From IMG/VR virus record IMGVR_UViG_3300033415_000014, positions 1 to 30,444 of that record: DNA of 30,444 nucleotides. One strand, given 5' to 3'. Numbering within the stretch: position 1 is the first letter of the stretch; the number at the start of each line of letters is the position of its first letter. A program made the translations under genes and the position numbers. Shown piece by piece: positions 1 to 7,029 of the stretch. This DNA is from a virus. Its lineage: Duplodnaviria > Caudoviricetes. The notes beneath the pieces were generated by a model that worked only from the letters and a program-made list of their open reading frames with translations, did not search any database and was not told the DNA's origin.

Positions 1-2
1 TC

Positions 3-71
3 ATAAATCAAGCAATTAAAGAAGGTAAAAAAGAAATTCCTGGAATTAGAATTTACCAAGAGAAAAAATAG
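3..71 (+). CDS. 3' end of a phage protein (Siphovirus Gp157-like C-terminus), truncated by window start
   Basis: Frame reads INQAIKEGKKEIPGIRIYQEKK*, resembling the 'AIKxG..IPG' C-terminal motif of Gp157-like proteins; followed by a terminator. Confidence 0.45.
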   Translation: MNQAIKEGKKEIPGIRIYQEKK

Positions 72-121
72 TCACGAACAGAATCTTTTAACAATTTTAA
101 TCCAATTTTAGAAAAATAACT

Positions 122-143
122 TGTTGATAACAACTTATCCACA
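122..143. promoter_or_regulatory. Inverted pair of DnaA-box-like sites
   Basis: TGTTGATAA (122-130, reverse complement TTATCAACA, 1 mismatch) and perfect TTATCCACA (135-143). Confidence 0.55.
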
Positions 144-150
144 ACTAAAG

Positions 151-180
151 CCACCCACACAAAGGGTGGTTATTTTTATT
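151..180 (+). terminator. Intrinsic terminator
   Basis: CCACCC-acacaaa-GGGTGG stem-loop followed by TTATTTTTATT, downstream of the first ORF. Confidence 0.65.
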
Positions 181-262
181 TATTTACACACTTATTTTAT
201 TTTTATCATTTCCGTTTTGTGCCTATTTAATGCAATGAATGTGGTTTGTTTGTGGTTAATAG

Positions 263-291
263 TTGACAAGTGTAAAAAGTTTGTGTATAAT
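263..291 (+). promoter_or_regulatory. Consensus sigma70 promoter
   Basis: TTGACA (263-268), 17-bp spacer, TATAAT (286-291); a DnaA box TGTGTATAA (282-290) overlaps the -10. Confidence 0.85.
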
Positions 292-335
292 TGTTAGTAA
301 GGTAGGGAATCAAACCAACCACAAAAAAATATTAT

Positions 336-464
336 ATGACCGAAAACCAAAACATCATTGACTCAATCAACTTGTTACTTGCTGAGTTCAACGTTGACAC
401 GAACGAAATCGTGGCACAAGAAGTTGCTGAAGAGTTTTATTCAGAAGAACTAAATCAATTTTGA
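336..464 (+). CDS. Small acidic protein, 42 aa (not in ORF track)
   Basis: MTENQNIIDSINLLLAEFNVDTNEIVAQEVAEEFYSEELNQF*; first ORF after the promoter with the AT-rich start context of other genes. Confidence 0.65.
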   Translation: MTENQNIIDSINLLLAEFNVDTNEIVAQEVAEEFYSEELNQF

Positions 465-466
465 TT

Positions 467-568
467 ATGGACGAAACATCTCAAGCACTTGTTCACTTAG
501 CTATTCTAGCAATGAACGTAACCGCTTTAATACTAACTTTAACCTTTTTATTTTATGTCTTCAAGTGA
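467..568 (+). CDS. Small single-pass membrane protein, 33 aa (not in ORF track)
   Basis: MDETSQALVHLAILAMNVTALILTLTFLFYVFK*; starts 2 nt after the previous stop and overlaps the next start. Confidence 0.55.
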   Translation: MDETSQALVHLAILAMNVTALILTLTFLFYVFK

Positions 569-749
569 AAAACCAAATATGATCCGAGAATTTAACGTGG
601 TAACAAGAGAATTGACGCTCATGTTACATTTAATCCAAAAACGACTTTCAAAACTAGAAAGACAAAATTTAGAAGATCTCAAAAAGATTATTGAAAAATC
701 TTTAACAAGAGAAATAGAAAATGATAAAAAACCAAAAGTTCAATTATAA
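555..749 (+). CDS. Hypothetical helical protein
   Basis: 64-aa ORF in a tightly packed operon; no recognisable motif. Confidence 0.6.
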   Translation: MSSSEKPNMIREFNVVTRELTLMLHLIQKRLSKLERQNLEDLKKIIEKSLTREIENDKKPKVQL

Positions 750-750
750 T

Positions 751-822
751 ATGTCTCTTCAAGAATTACAAAACAAATTGAACGCAATAAAAGGGTTCAA
801 TGTGAATGAAATAATTAAATAA
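751..822 (+). CDS. Micro-ORF, 23 aa
   Basis: MSLQELQNKLNAIKGFNVNEIIK*; starts 1 nt after the previous stop and fills the gap. Confidence 0.35.
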   Translation: MSLQELQNKLNAIKGFNVNEIIK

Positions 823-846
823 TAAAAAAACGAAAAAACAATATAT

Positions 847-1206
847 ATGTCTCAAAAATTAAAAAACCAAATCGTAACAGTATTCGCATCATTTGTGATT
901 TTCTTATCAATCTGGGGAGCTATTTCAGCTCAACCAAAAGGAGAAATAGCTCCAGCTGCTGCTCATGAGTTTTCAATCGAGGAGAAACTTGAACAGAAAA
1001 ACAAAGAGCTTAAAATTTCCGAGCTAGCCTCAGAATTAAAAAAGCAAGAATCAATCACACTTACGAGTCTAAAGCGTGAGAGCGAAATTTCAGAAATGAT
1101 TGAAAAATTAAATTCAGGGGAATGTTCAGATATTGAGAAACCTGAAAATTGTATCAAAACAGAAGTAAAAGAAATTGAAAGCCCAAAAGTGACGGGGGTA
1201 AAGTAA
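847..1206 (+). CDS. Signal/TM-anchored coiled-coil protein; N-terminal part of a predicted -1 frameshift fusion with the GH19 domain
   Basis: Hydrophobic IVTVFASFVIFLSIWGAISA, then an E/K-rich heptad region; slippery C_CCA_AAA at 1182-1188. Confidence 0.75.
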   Translation: MSQKLKNQIVTVFASFVIFLSIWGAISAQPKGEIAPAAAHEFSIEEKLEQKNKELKISELASELKKQESITLTSLKRESEISEMIEKLNSGECSDIEKPENCIKTEVKEIESPKVTGVK

Positions 1207-1228
1207 TTGTTCAACTTACTGCCCCTGT
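1182..1228 (+). promoter_or_regulatory. Predicted -1 programmed ribosomal frameshift signal
   Basis: In-frame X_XXY_YYZ heptamer C CCA AAA (1182-1188); downstream hairpin ACGGGGGT..AGTAA (1192-1206) pairing with TTACT-GCCCCTGT (1216-1228); -1 frame open 1179-1745. Confidence 0.65.
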
Positions 1229-1295
1229 ATCCGATACATTAGATAAATTAAACGACAATGAGAGACGAATCTACTCAGCTTGTACCAATATCGGT

Positions 1296-1745
1296 ATGAG
1301 TAAAGAAGAAACAGCCTTTGTGCTTGCGAATGCTAATCACGAAACTGCTAACTTCAAGTTTATGCATGAAATTGATGGTAGAAACCAAGCTTTGCGTCTA
1401 GGTTACCAAGGTGCTGATTATTATGGGAGGGGTTATATCCAACTTACACATTTGAACAATTACAAAAATTGGAGTAAATGGACGGGGCGTGATTTAGTTT
1501 CAAATCCAAACATAGTAGCTGAGGATTTAGACTTATCAGCATTTATAGCTTGCTCAGGTGTTCAACACGGCTCTTTTACAGCCACAGGTGGAATTGCTAA
1601 ATATAATGGTGACTGGTACAATGCAAGAGCAATTGTTAACGGAGATAAGAATTACAGGGCTGGTTGTGATGGCAACTCATGCTGGACTATTGGTACAAAG
1701 ATTAAAGACTTGACGAATAATTACATCAATTTAATAAATAGTTGA
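1296..1745 (+). CDS. Glycoside hydrolase family 19 (chitinase-like lysozyme) domain; frame open from 1179
   Basis: AFVLANANHET catalytic-helix motif, YYGRGYIQLT..NY GH19 signature, DLVSNP and ARAIVNG motifs. Confidence 0.88.
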   Translation: MSKEETAFVLANANHETANFKFMHEIDGRNQALRLGYQGADYYGRGYIQLTHLNNYKNWSKWTGRDLVSNPNIVAEDLDLSAFIACSGVQHGSFTATGGIAKYNGDWYNARAIVNGDKNYRAGCDGNSCWTIGTKIKDLTNNYINLINS

Positions 1746-1758
1746 TAACTATACTACC

Positions 1759-1787
1759 TTGACAAAAATAGCTTATATTTTTATGGT
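1759..1787 (+). promoter_or_regulatory. Sigma70-like promoter facing the non-coding structured region
   Basis: TTGACA (1759-1764), 17-bp spacer, TATGGT (1782-1787). Confidence 0.6.
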
Positions 1788-1793
1788 TCAGAA

Positions 1794-2190
1794 ATGAATC
1801 ATTTTTTGATTCATGCTCAAAAAAACCCACCTTTGGGGTGGGTGATTCATGCTCTTCTTAAGAGTTATGTAATCCAAAGTTTTTGTCAAGTAAAAATAGG
1901 TATTACACGGGGTTGATCCCCTTACCGAATAGGAAATATGTTGAATAAAGTGTAATGTCTTGAACAGCTACCGCTCTATTTAGCTGAATAACCAAAACCT
2001 AAATATCGGATAAGCTCGGGCAACTTAATTCGTGGACGTGCAGTAGATCAACTGATAATCACGGAGCTTTACCACTGAACTCATACGATGAAACTTTACT
2101 CTGTATGATTGTTACCCCTTCCTCTTATGCTAATAATAGTATGCGGGGTAGGGGCAACTATATCACCGAATCTGCATTATCTGTATGATA
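1794..2190 (+). ncRNA. Candidate large structured ncRNA / RNA-based origin or regulatory element
   Basis: No ORF of 60 aa or more on either strand; at least 7 helices, several needing G-U pairs on the + strand (e.g. 1898-1908/1950-1960, 2008-2017/2064-2073, 2111-2119/2150-2158); upstream promoter. Confidence 0.55.
1819..1843 (-). terminator. Minus-strand intrinsic terminator (end of a putative antisense RNA)
   Basis: On the - strand: ACCCACC-ccaaa-GGTGGG followed by T7. Confidence 0.6.
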
Positions 2191-2229
2191 GAACTTGACA
2201 AAAGTTGAAAGTAAAAGAAATAAAAGGTT

Positions 2230-2799
2230 ATGAAACAAATTAAAAATAAGATTATTAAAACTGAGTTGGTACCTTGGGCAGAGTTGAAAGGTTATGAATT
2301 TAACCAACTCAAAGACAACTCAAACCGAGATATAAGCAAACTTAAAAATTCTATAATCAATCAAGGTTTTAGTTTTGCACTTTGTAATTGGGCAGACCAT
2401 AAATTCATAATTGATGGAACGGGTAGGCACCTTGCACTTTTAGAATTGGAAAAGGAAGGTTATGAAATTCCAGATTTAGTGGTGAACCAGATCCAAGCAG
2501 AGAATATCAAAGAGGCTAAAAAGCTTGCTTTAATGGTTAGTAGTCAACACGGACAAATTACTCAAAACAGTTTAGCAGATTTTACAAGTTTAGATTTTGA
2601 GATTGAAGAGTTAAAAGAGCTTGCAGATAGCGAGTTAAATTTAGGTGAGTTGGATTTTATGATTAAAAACATTGATGGGAGTGAAGACCCAGATATTGAC
2701 TTTGATAATATAGAAAGCACAGAAAATAGGTCAAAACAATTCAAGACTCAAAATGTAACTTGTCCAGAGTGCGAGAATCATTTTCAAATTCAAATCTAA
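2230..2799 (+). CDS. ParB/Srx-like N-terminal domain protein with C-terminal CxxC ribbon
   Basis: KLKNSIINQGF...IIDGTGRHLAL ParB-like motif; C-terminal VTCPECENHF; typical position upstream of methylase and terminase. Confidence 0.75.
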   Translation: MKQIKNKIIKTELVPWAELKGYEFNQLKDNSNRDISKLKNSIINQGFSFALCNWADHKFIIDGTGRHLALLELEKEGYEIPDLVVNQIQAENIKEAKKLALMVSSQHGQITQNSLADFTSLDFEIEELKELADSELNLGELDFMIKNIDGSEDPDIDFDNIESTENRSKQFKTQNVTCPECENHFQIQI

Positions 2800-2802
2800 T
2801 TT

Positions 2803-3696
2803 ATGCCATTACCTTACTTAGGAAGTAAAAGAAAAAGTGCTGGCAAAATATACCAGACAATAAAAAACTTCAACCCTGAAGCTAAAATACTTTGTGATTT
2901 ATTTTGTGGTGGGTTTGCAATTAGTGAGTATTTTCTACAAAACGACTGGCAAGTGATAAGTAATGATAAGAATAAGTATGTTATTGCAATTTTAAAACAA
3001 ACTATTTTAGATGGTTTAGATGAAGCCAAATGTTTTGAATTTGTAACAAGAGAGAAGTTTTTTGATGTTATGAATAACAAAGATAAATATGAGGATTGGT
3101 ATGTAGGGTATGTAATGTGTATTTGGAGTTTTGGGAATAATCAAAGTGGTTATTTATTCGGTAAAGATACAGAACCAGCTAAGCGAGCTGGTCACGAATT
3201 AGTAGTAAATAAAAACCCTGATTTAATCAAAAAACTAATTCCAAATATACCACAAAAATACATTGACGGCATTTTAAAGCAAAAAGATTGGCACACAAGG
3301 AGAATAGCATTAAGAAAGGTTAGCGTGGCTCTCAAGACTAGGATATTTGAACTGCAACAACTGCAACAACTGCAACAACTGGAACGACTGCAACAACTGG
3401 AACGACCTAAATTACAATTCTTTAATGGTGATTATTTTGATGTAGAAATTCCAGACGGAGCGGTTATTTACTGCGACCCACCATACAAAGGCACTACAGA
3501 ATACCACGAGGGGGCTTTTAACCACAATCAATTTTGGGAATGGGTAAGAGATAAGTCAAAGACGAATAAAGTTTATATTAGTGAATACCAAGCACCAGAC
3601 GATTTTAAAAAGATTTTAGAGTTTAGCCAAGTTAGCACGCTTGCAGGTGGGCAAAACAAAGGGCAGCCTAATGAATGTTTATTTACAATAAAATAA
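2803..3696 (+). CDS. DNA adenine methyltransferase (D12/Dam-like class)
   Basis: PYLGSK, DLFCGG (SAM-binding motif I), ND, IYCDPPY (motif IV), YISEY. Confidence 0.88.
   Translation: MPLPYLGSKRKSAGKIYQTIKNFNPEAKILCDLFCGGFAISEYFLQNDWQVISNDKNKYVIAILKQTILDGLDEAKCFEFVTREKFFDVMNNKDKYEDWYVGYVMCIWSFGNNQSGYLFGKDTEPAKRAGHELVVNKNPDLIKKLIPNIPQKYIDGILKQKDWHTRRIALRKVSVALKTRIFELQQLQQLQQLERLQQLERPKLQFFNGDYFDVEIPDGAVIYCDPPYKGTTEYHEGAFNHNQFWEWVRDKSKTNKVYISEYQAPDDFKKILEFSQVSTLAGGQNKGQPNECLFTIK
3352..3405 (+). repeat. Six tandem 9-bp units in the methyltransferase (LQQ/LER)
   Basis: CTGCAACAA x3, CTGGAACGA, CTGCAACAA, CTGGAACGA. Confidence 0.9.
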
Positions 3697-3697
3697 T

Positions 3698-4114
3698 ATG
3701 TCAACTCAAAAACTAACCGCAAAACAATGCAAATTCGCCCGTTTAGTTGCGGAAGGTAAAACACAAGCGGATGCATACAGGGAAGCATACAATGCGTCTA
3801 AAATGAAAGCGGAGACAATTCAGAACTCGGCATACAAACTAATGCAAAACGACGAGATAACGACGAGGATTAACGAATTAAAAAAAGAATTTACAAAAAA
3901 GCTTGATATAGCAAGCCAAATAACCGTGGAAAGAATGTTAGCAACAAGTCAAAAAATATTGAAATTAGCTTTAGAGCAAGGGGATTTTACAAATTCCTTG
4001 AAAGCTTTAGATTTTCAAACAAAGATAAAAGGACTTTATGCACCCACAAAAACCGACACAAGGTTGAGTGCTGGTGATGATGTAGAAATTTCTGTTAAAC
4101 TAGGTAAGAAATGA
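3698..4114 (+). CDS. terS: Terminase small subunit
   Basis: LTAKQCKFARLVAEGKTQADAYREAY HTH-type N-terminus; ATGA overlap with TerL. Confidence 0.85.
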   Translation: MSTQKLTAKQCKFARLVAEGKTQADAYREAYNASKMKAETIQNSAYKLMQNDEITTRINELKKEFTKKLDIASQITVERMLATSQKILKLALEQGDFTNSLKALDFQTKIKGLYAPTKTDTRLSAGDDVEISVKLGKK

Positions 4115-5553
4115 AACTAAACATTGAATACGAGCCTTTACCAATTTGGGGAGAATTCTATTCAGGTGAATGGGACGTTGCTGTTTTGGTTGGAAGTCGT
4201 GGAAGCGGTAAAACGTGGAATGTATCAAATTTTAGTTGTTTGTCAACTTTGCAAAATGTGAATTACAGAACTTTAGTTTTACGTGATGTAGGTGGTTCGA
4301 TTAAAGAGTCTATTTTTAAGGAAATAAAAGATCGCTTTTTAGATATTCAAGACGAAATAGAAAAAGATTACAACAAACCTGAATTATTAGAAAAGATTTT
4401 TGATTTTCAATCTACGCAAATTACAAACAAAAAAACAAAGGAAACTAATGTTTTTAGTAAAGGTTTTAGAACTTCAAGAGTTGGGCAGACATCGGATTTA
4501 AAAGGTTTTGCAGACATTGACTTAGTTGTAATGGAGGAAATGGAAGACATACGAGATGAAGAGCGTGTAAATAAATTGATTGATACTCTAAGGAAAAAAG
4601 GGCATAAAATAGTTATTATTTTGAACACGCCAAACTTGCAACACTGGGTTGTCAAGCGTTACTTTGATTATGAGTTAGCTGATACAATTGACGGTATTAG
4701 ATACTACAATTTAGTGCCAAAAAAGATTGAACGTGTTTGTCAAGTTGTAGCTAATTATTCAGATAATCCTTTTTTACCTGATTCAGTTATTCAACGTTAT
4801 AAAAGTTATGGAGATGTCAATTCACATAATTATAATAAACACCACTATTATCAGGATATTTTAGGGCTCGCAACATTTTCAGGAGTCAATCAATCATTTT
4901 TCAGTCAACGTAAAATTGAAGAAACGTTTGAAAAACTTAAAACAGTCAACCCTGTTCTTATTGAAGAGGAGCTTAAAATATACGAAAAACCAAATCCACA
5001 AAAAGTATATTTTGCTGGAATTGATAGTGCAGATGAAGGGCGTGATAGTTATAGCTTAGATATTATTGATTCAACTGGTAAGCAAGTAGCAACTTTAGCT
5101 GGAACATTTAAGCAAGAACTTGACAACGGCACAAAAGAAACAGGTTCAACTTTCAACTTTACACAAAAATCTATTCAATTGTTGAAAGCGTACAACACAC
5201 CATTTTTAGCAGTAGAAACAAAGTCAACAGGGCGTACAGTACAGCGTGATATAGTTTCAGCAGGTTATCCAGTCGAAAGGTTGTGGCGTGATAGTACCAA
5301 CTTCAATATTAAAAAACCCGATTCAATGAAATATGGGTTTAATACAAATGCAAGCAACAGACCAATGCTTTTGACAGATTTGCAAAATGTGTTTAATAAC
5401 GATTGGTTGCAAGTGCTTGACAAGGAAACATTAAAACAGTTTGATACTTTTATCAAGATTGATGGTAAGTGGCAAGCACAAGCTGGAAAACACGACGACC
5501 GTGTGATTAGCTTAGGTTTAGCATTTCAAGCATATCTATTTGCAACTTCATAA
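4111..5553 (+). CDS. terL: Terminase large subunit (PBSX/Terminase_3-like)
   Basis: Walker A GSRGSGKT, Walker B LVVMEE, LNTP coupling motif, DNPFL, nuclease GIDSA and KHDDRVISL. Confidence 0.93.
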   Translation: MKLNIEYEPLPIWGEFYSGEWDVAVLVGSRGSGKTWNVSNFSCLSTLQNVNYRTLVLRDVGGSIKESIFKEIKDRFLDIQDEIEKDYNKPELLEKIFDFQSTQITNKKTKETNVFSKGFRTSRVGQTSDLKGFADIDLVVMEEMEDIRDEERVNKLIDTLRKKGHKIVIILNTPNLQHWVVKRYFDYELADTIDGIRYYNLVPKKIERVCQVVANYSDNPFLPDSVIQRYKSYGDVNSHNYNKHHYYQDILGLATFSGVNQSFFSQRKIEETFEKLKTVNPVLIEEELKIYEKPNPQKVYFAGIDSADEGRDSYSLDIIDSTGKQVATLAGTFKQELDNGTKETGSTFNFTQKSIQLLKAYNTPFLAVETKSTGRTVQRDIVSAGYPVERLWRDSTNFNIKKPDSMKYGFNTNASNRPMLLTDLQNVFNNDWLQVLDKETLKQFDTFIKIDGKWQAQAGKHDDRVISLGLAFQAYLFATS

Positions 5554-5554
5554 T

Positions 5555-7027
5555 ATGGCTACATTATACGATAGAATACAAAAAATAAAAGGAGAAGGTT
5601 ACCGAGAAAAGTATGAAACTGGACACGAACTTTATTGCGGTGATGCTCATGAAGTGTTTCAAACAAATCGTGTTGAAGGAAAACAAGACGAATCAAAGTA
5701 TTTGAGTTATAACATTTTTAGCCAAATTACAGACACATTTTCAAGTTTGATATTATTTGAAAAACCACGCTTTACTTTCAAAAATGCTCAAACACAGGCT
5801 TATTTTGATGATTTTGTGAATAACTCTTTTTATGAGAAGTTAAAATTATTACTTGAAATAAATAGTTATGCTGGTGACGCCGTTTGTTACCTAAATATTC
5901 GTAAAGAAAAACCTGAAATAGTTTTATTGCCAAATGAAAGGTGGATTCCTTTGTATGATGAGAATAGACCAGATTTGGAAGCCGATGCACACTGTATTGA
6001 ATACCATGTAGAAGAAAAAGACAAGACTGCTATTTTCGTTTATCAGATATTTGACAACGAGAATTTAACAGTTGGTTTTCAAGCGTTCAAAAAAGAAAAT
6101 GGTGTGGGCGTTCAAGTGCCAGTTCCTGAACAGTTTTTAACTCATAAATTTGAAACAAAAGATGATTTGAGTTATTATAGAAGAATACCAACCACCTTTT
6201 TTTTCCGTTTCTACAATAAAAAACAAGTTGGTGATTATTTTGGCGTTTCAGACTATTCAAACTCAATCATAGTCAAAGCTGAAGAAATAAATAATCAACT
6301 AGAATTGCAACAAAAAGTATTGATTGAAACAGCTGATCCAATTCGTTTGGTACCTAAAACTTTGATTCAACAAACGATTGACCAAATCAATAAAAATAGC
6401 ACTTTTGCTGATACTATTGGTTTTGGTTTGGAAGCTCAAAGTGGTTTCTTCTCAACCGAAAATACTGCTAAAAATAGTAATTTCAAAGGCTTGAATTTGC
6501 AGGAAACAATGGTTGCAAATGCTATTGTTAGAAAGTCAAAAATACTCCCAGTTGGAATTGGCGAAGAAAAACCTGAATTTATTTCTTACGAGCCACACAC
6601 TCAAAAAATGGACGTTTTCATCGAAGTGTTGAAACAAATGATTTATAACGAGGCTAGACTTTCACCTATTTTATTTGATAAAAATGTGAGTGTTGGGAAT
6701 TTGAGCGGGGTAGCTTTACAACGTTTGATTCAAGAAACTATTCACAAAGCACACGATAAAATAATGAATTTAGAAGTTGTATTGAAAGAGCTTATTTATT
6801 CTTTATGTATTTTGGCGGGGATTCCAGCTGAATATCCAACAATTGAATGGTATGATGGAATTGTAGATTCAATGATTGATAAAATTGATGAGAACGAACG
6901 GCTTTATTTAGGAGGGTTCATAACTAAAAAAGAAGCTATTAAGAATATAAACGGGTTGACTGATGAGCAGGCAGACCAGAAATTGGCAAATATTGAAGCC
7001 GAGCAAGGTTTTCCTAACGCAAGCTAA
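5555..7027 (+). CDS. Portal protein (SPP1/A118-like); probable start at 5555
   Basis: About 490 aa directly after TerL; FGVSDY, LSGVAL and 'IEWYDG..' motifs; ATG 5555 follows the TerL stop by 1 nt. Confidence 0.85.
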   Translation: MATLYDRIQKIKGEGYREKYETGHELYCGDAHEVFQTNRVEGKQDESKYLSYNIFSQITDTFSSLILFEKPRFTFKNAQTQAYFDDFVNNSFYEKLKLLLEINSYAGDAVCYLNIRKEKPEIVLLPNERWIPLYDENRPDLEADAHCIEYHVEEKDKTAIFVYQIFDNENLTVGFQAFKKENGVGVQVPVPEQFLTHKFETKDDLSYYRRIPTTFFFRFYNKKQVGDYFGVSDYSNSIIVKAEEINNQLELQQKVLIETADPIRLVPKTLIQQTIDQINKNSTFADTIGFGLEAQSGFFSTENTAKNSNFKGLNLQETMVANAIVRKSKILPVGIGEEKPEFISYEPHTQKMDVFIEVLKQMIYNEARLSPILFDKNVSVGNLSGVALQRLIQETIHKAHDKIMNLEVVLKELIYSLCILAGIPAEYPTIEWYDGIVDSMIDKIDENERLYLGGFITKKEAIKNINGLTDEQADQKLANIEAEQGFPNAS

Positions 7028-7029
7028 TT

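Noticed and set aside
1794-1916. 40-aa ORF MNHFLIHAQKNPPLGWVIHALL... at the predicted transcript start
   Set aside because: Overlaps hairpins and repeats, with atypical composition; better explained as RNA structure, though a leaderless peptide is not excluded.
1890-2190. tRNA, tmRNA or group I/II intron
   Set aside because: No T-loop GTTCRA cloverleaf, no recognisable intron core or domain V, and no interrupted gene flanking it.
2195-2226. Promoter for the ParB-methylase-terminase operon at TTGACA 2195-2200
   Set aside because: No acceptable -10 at 16-18 bp spacing, so not called as a feature.
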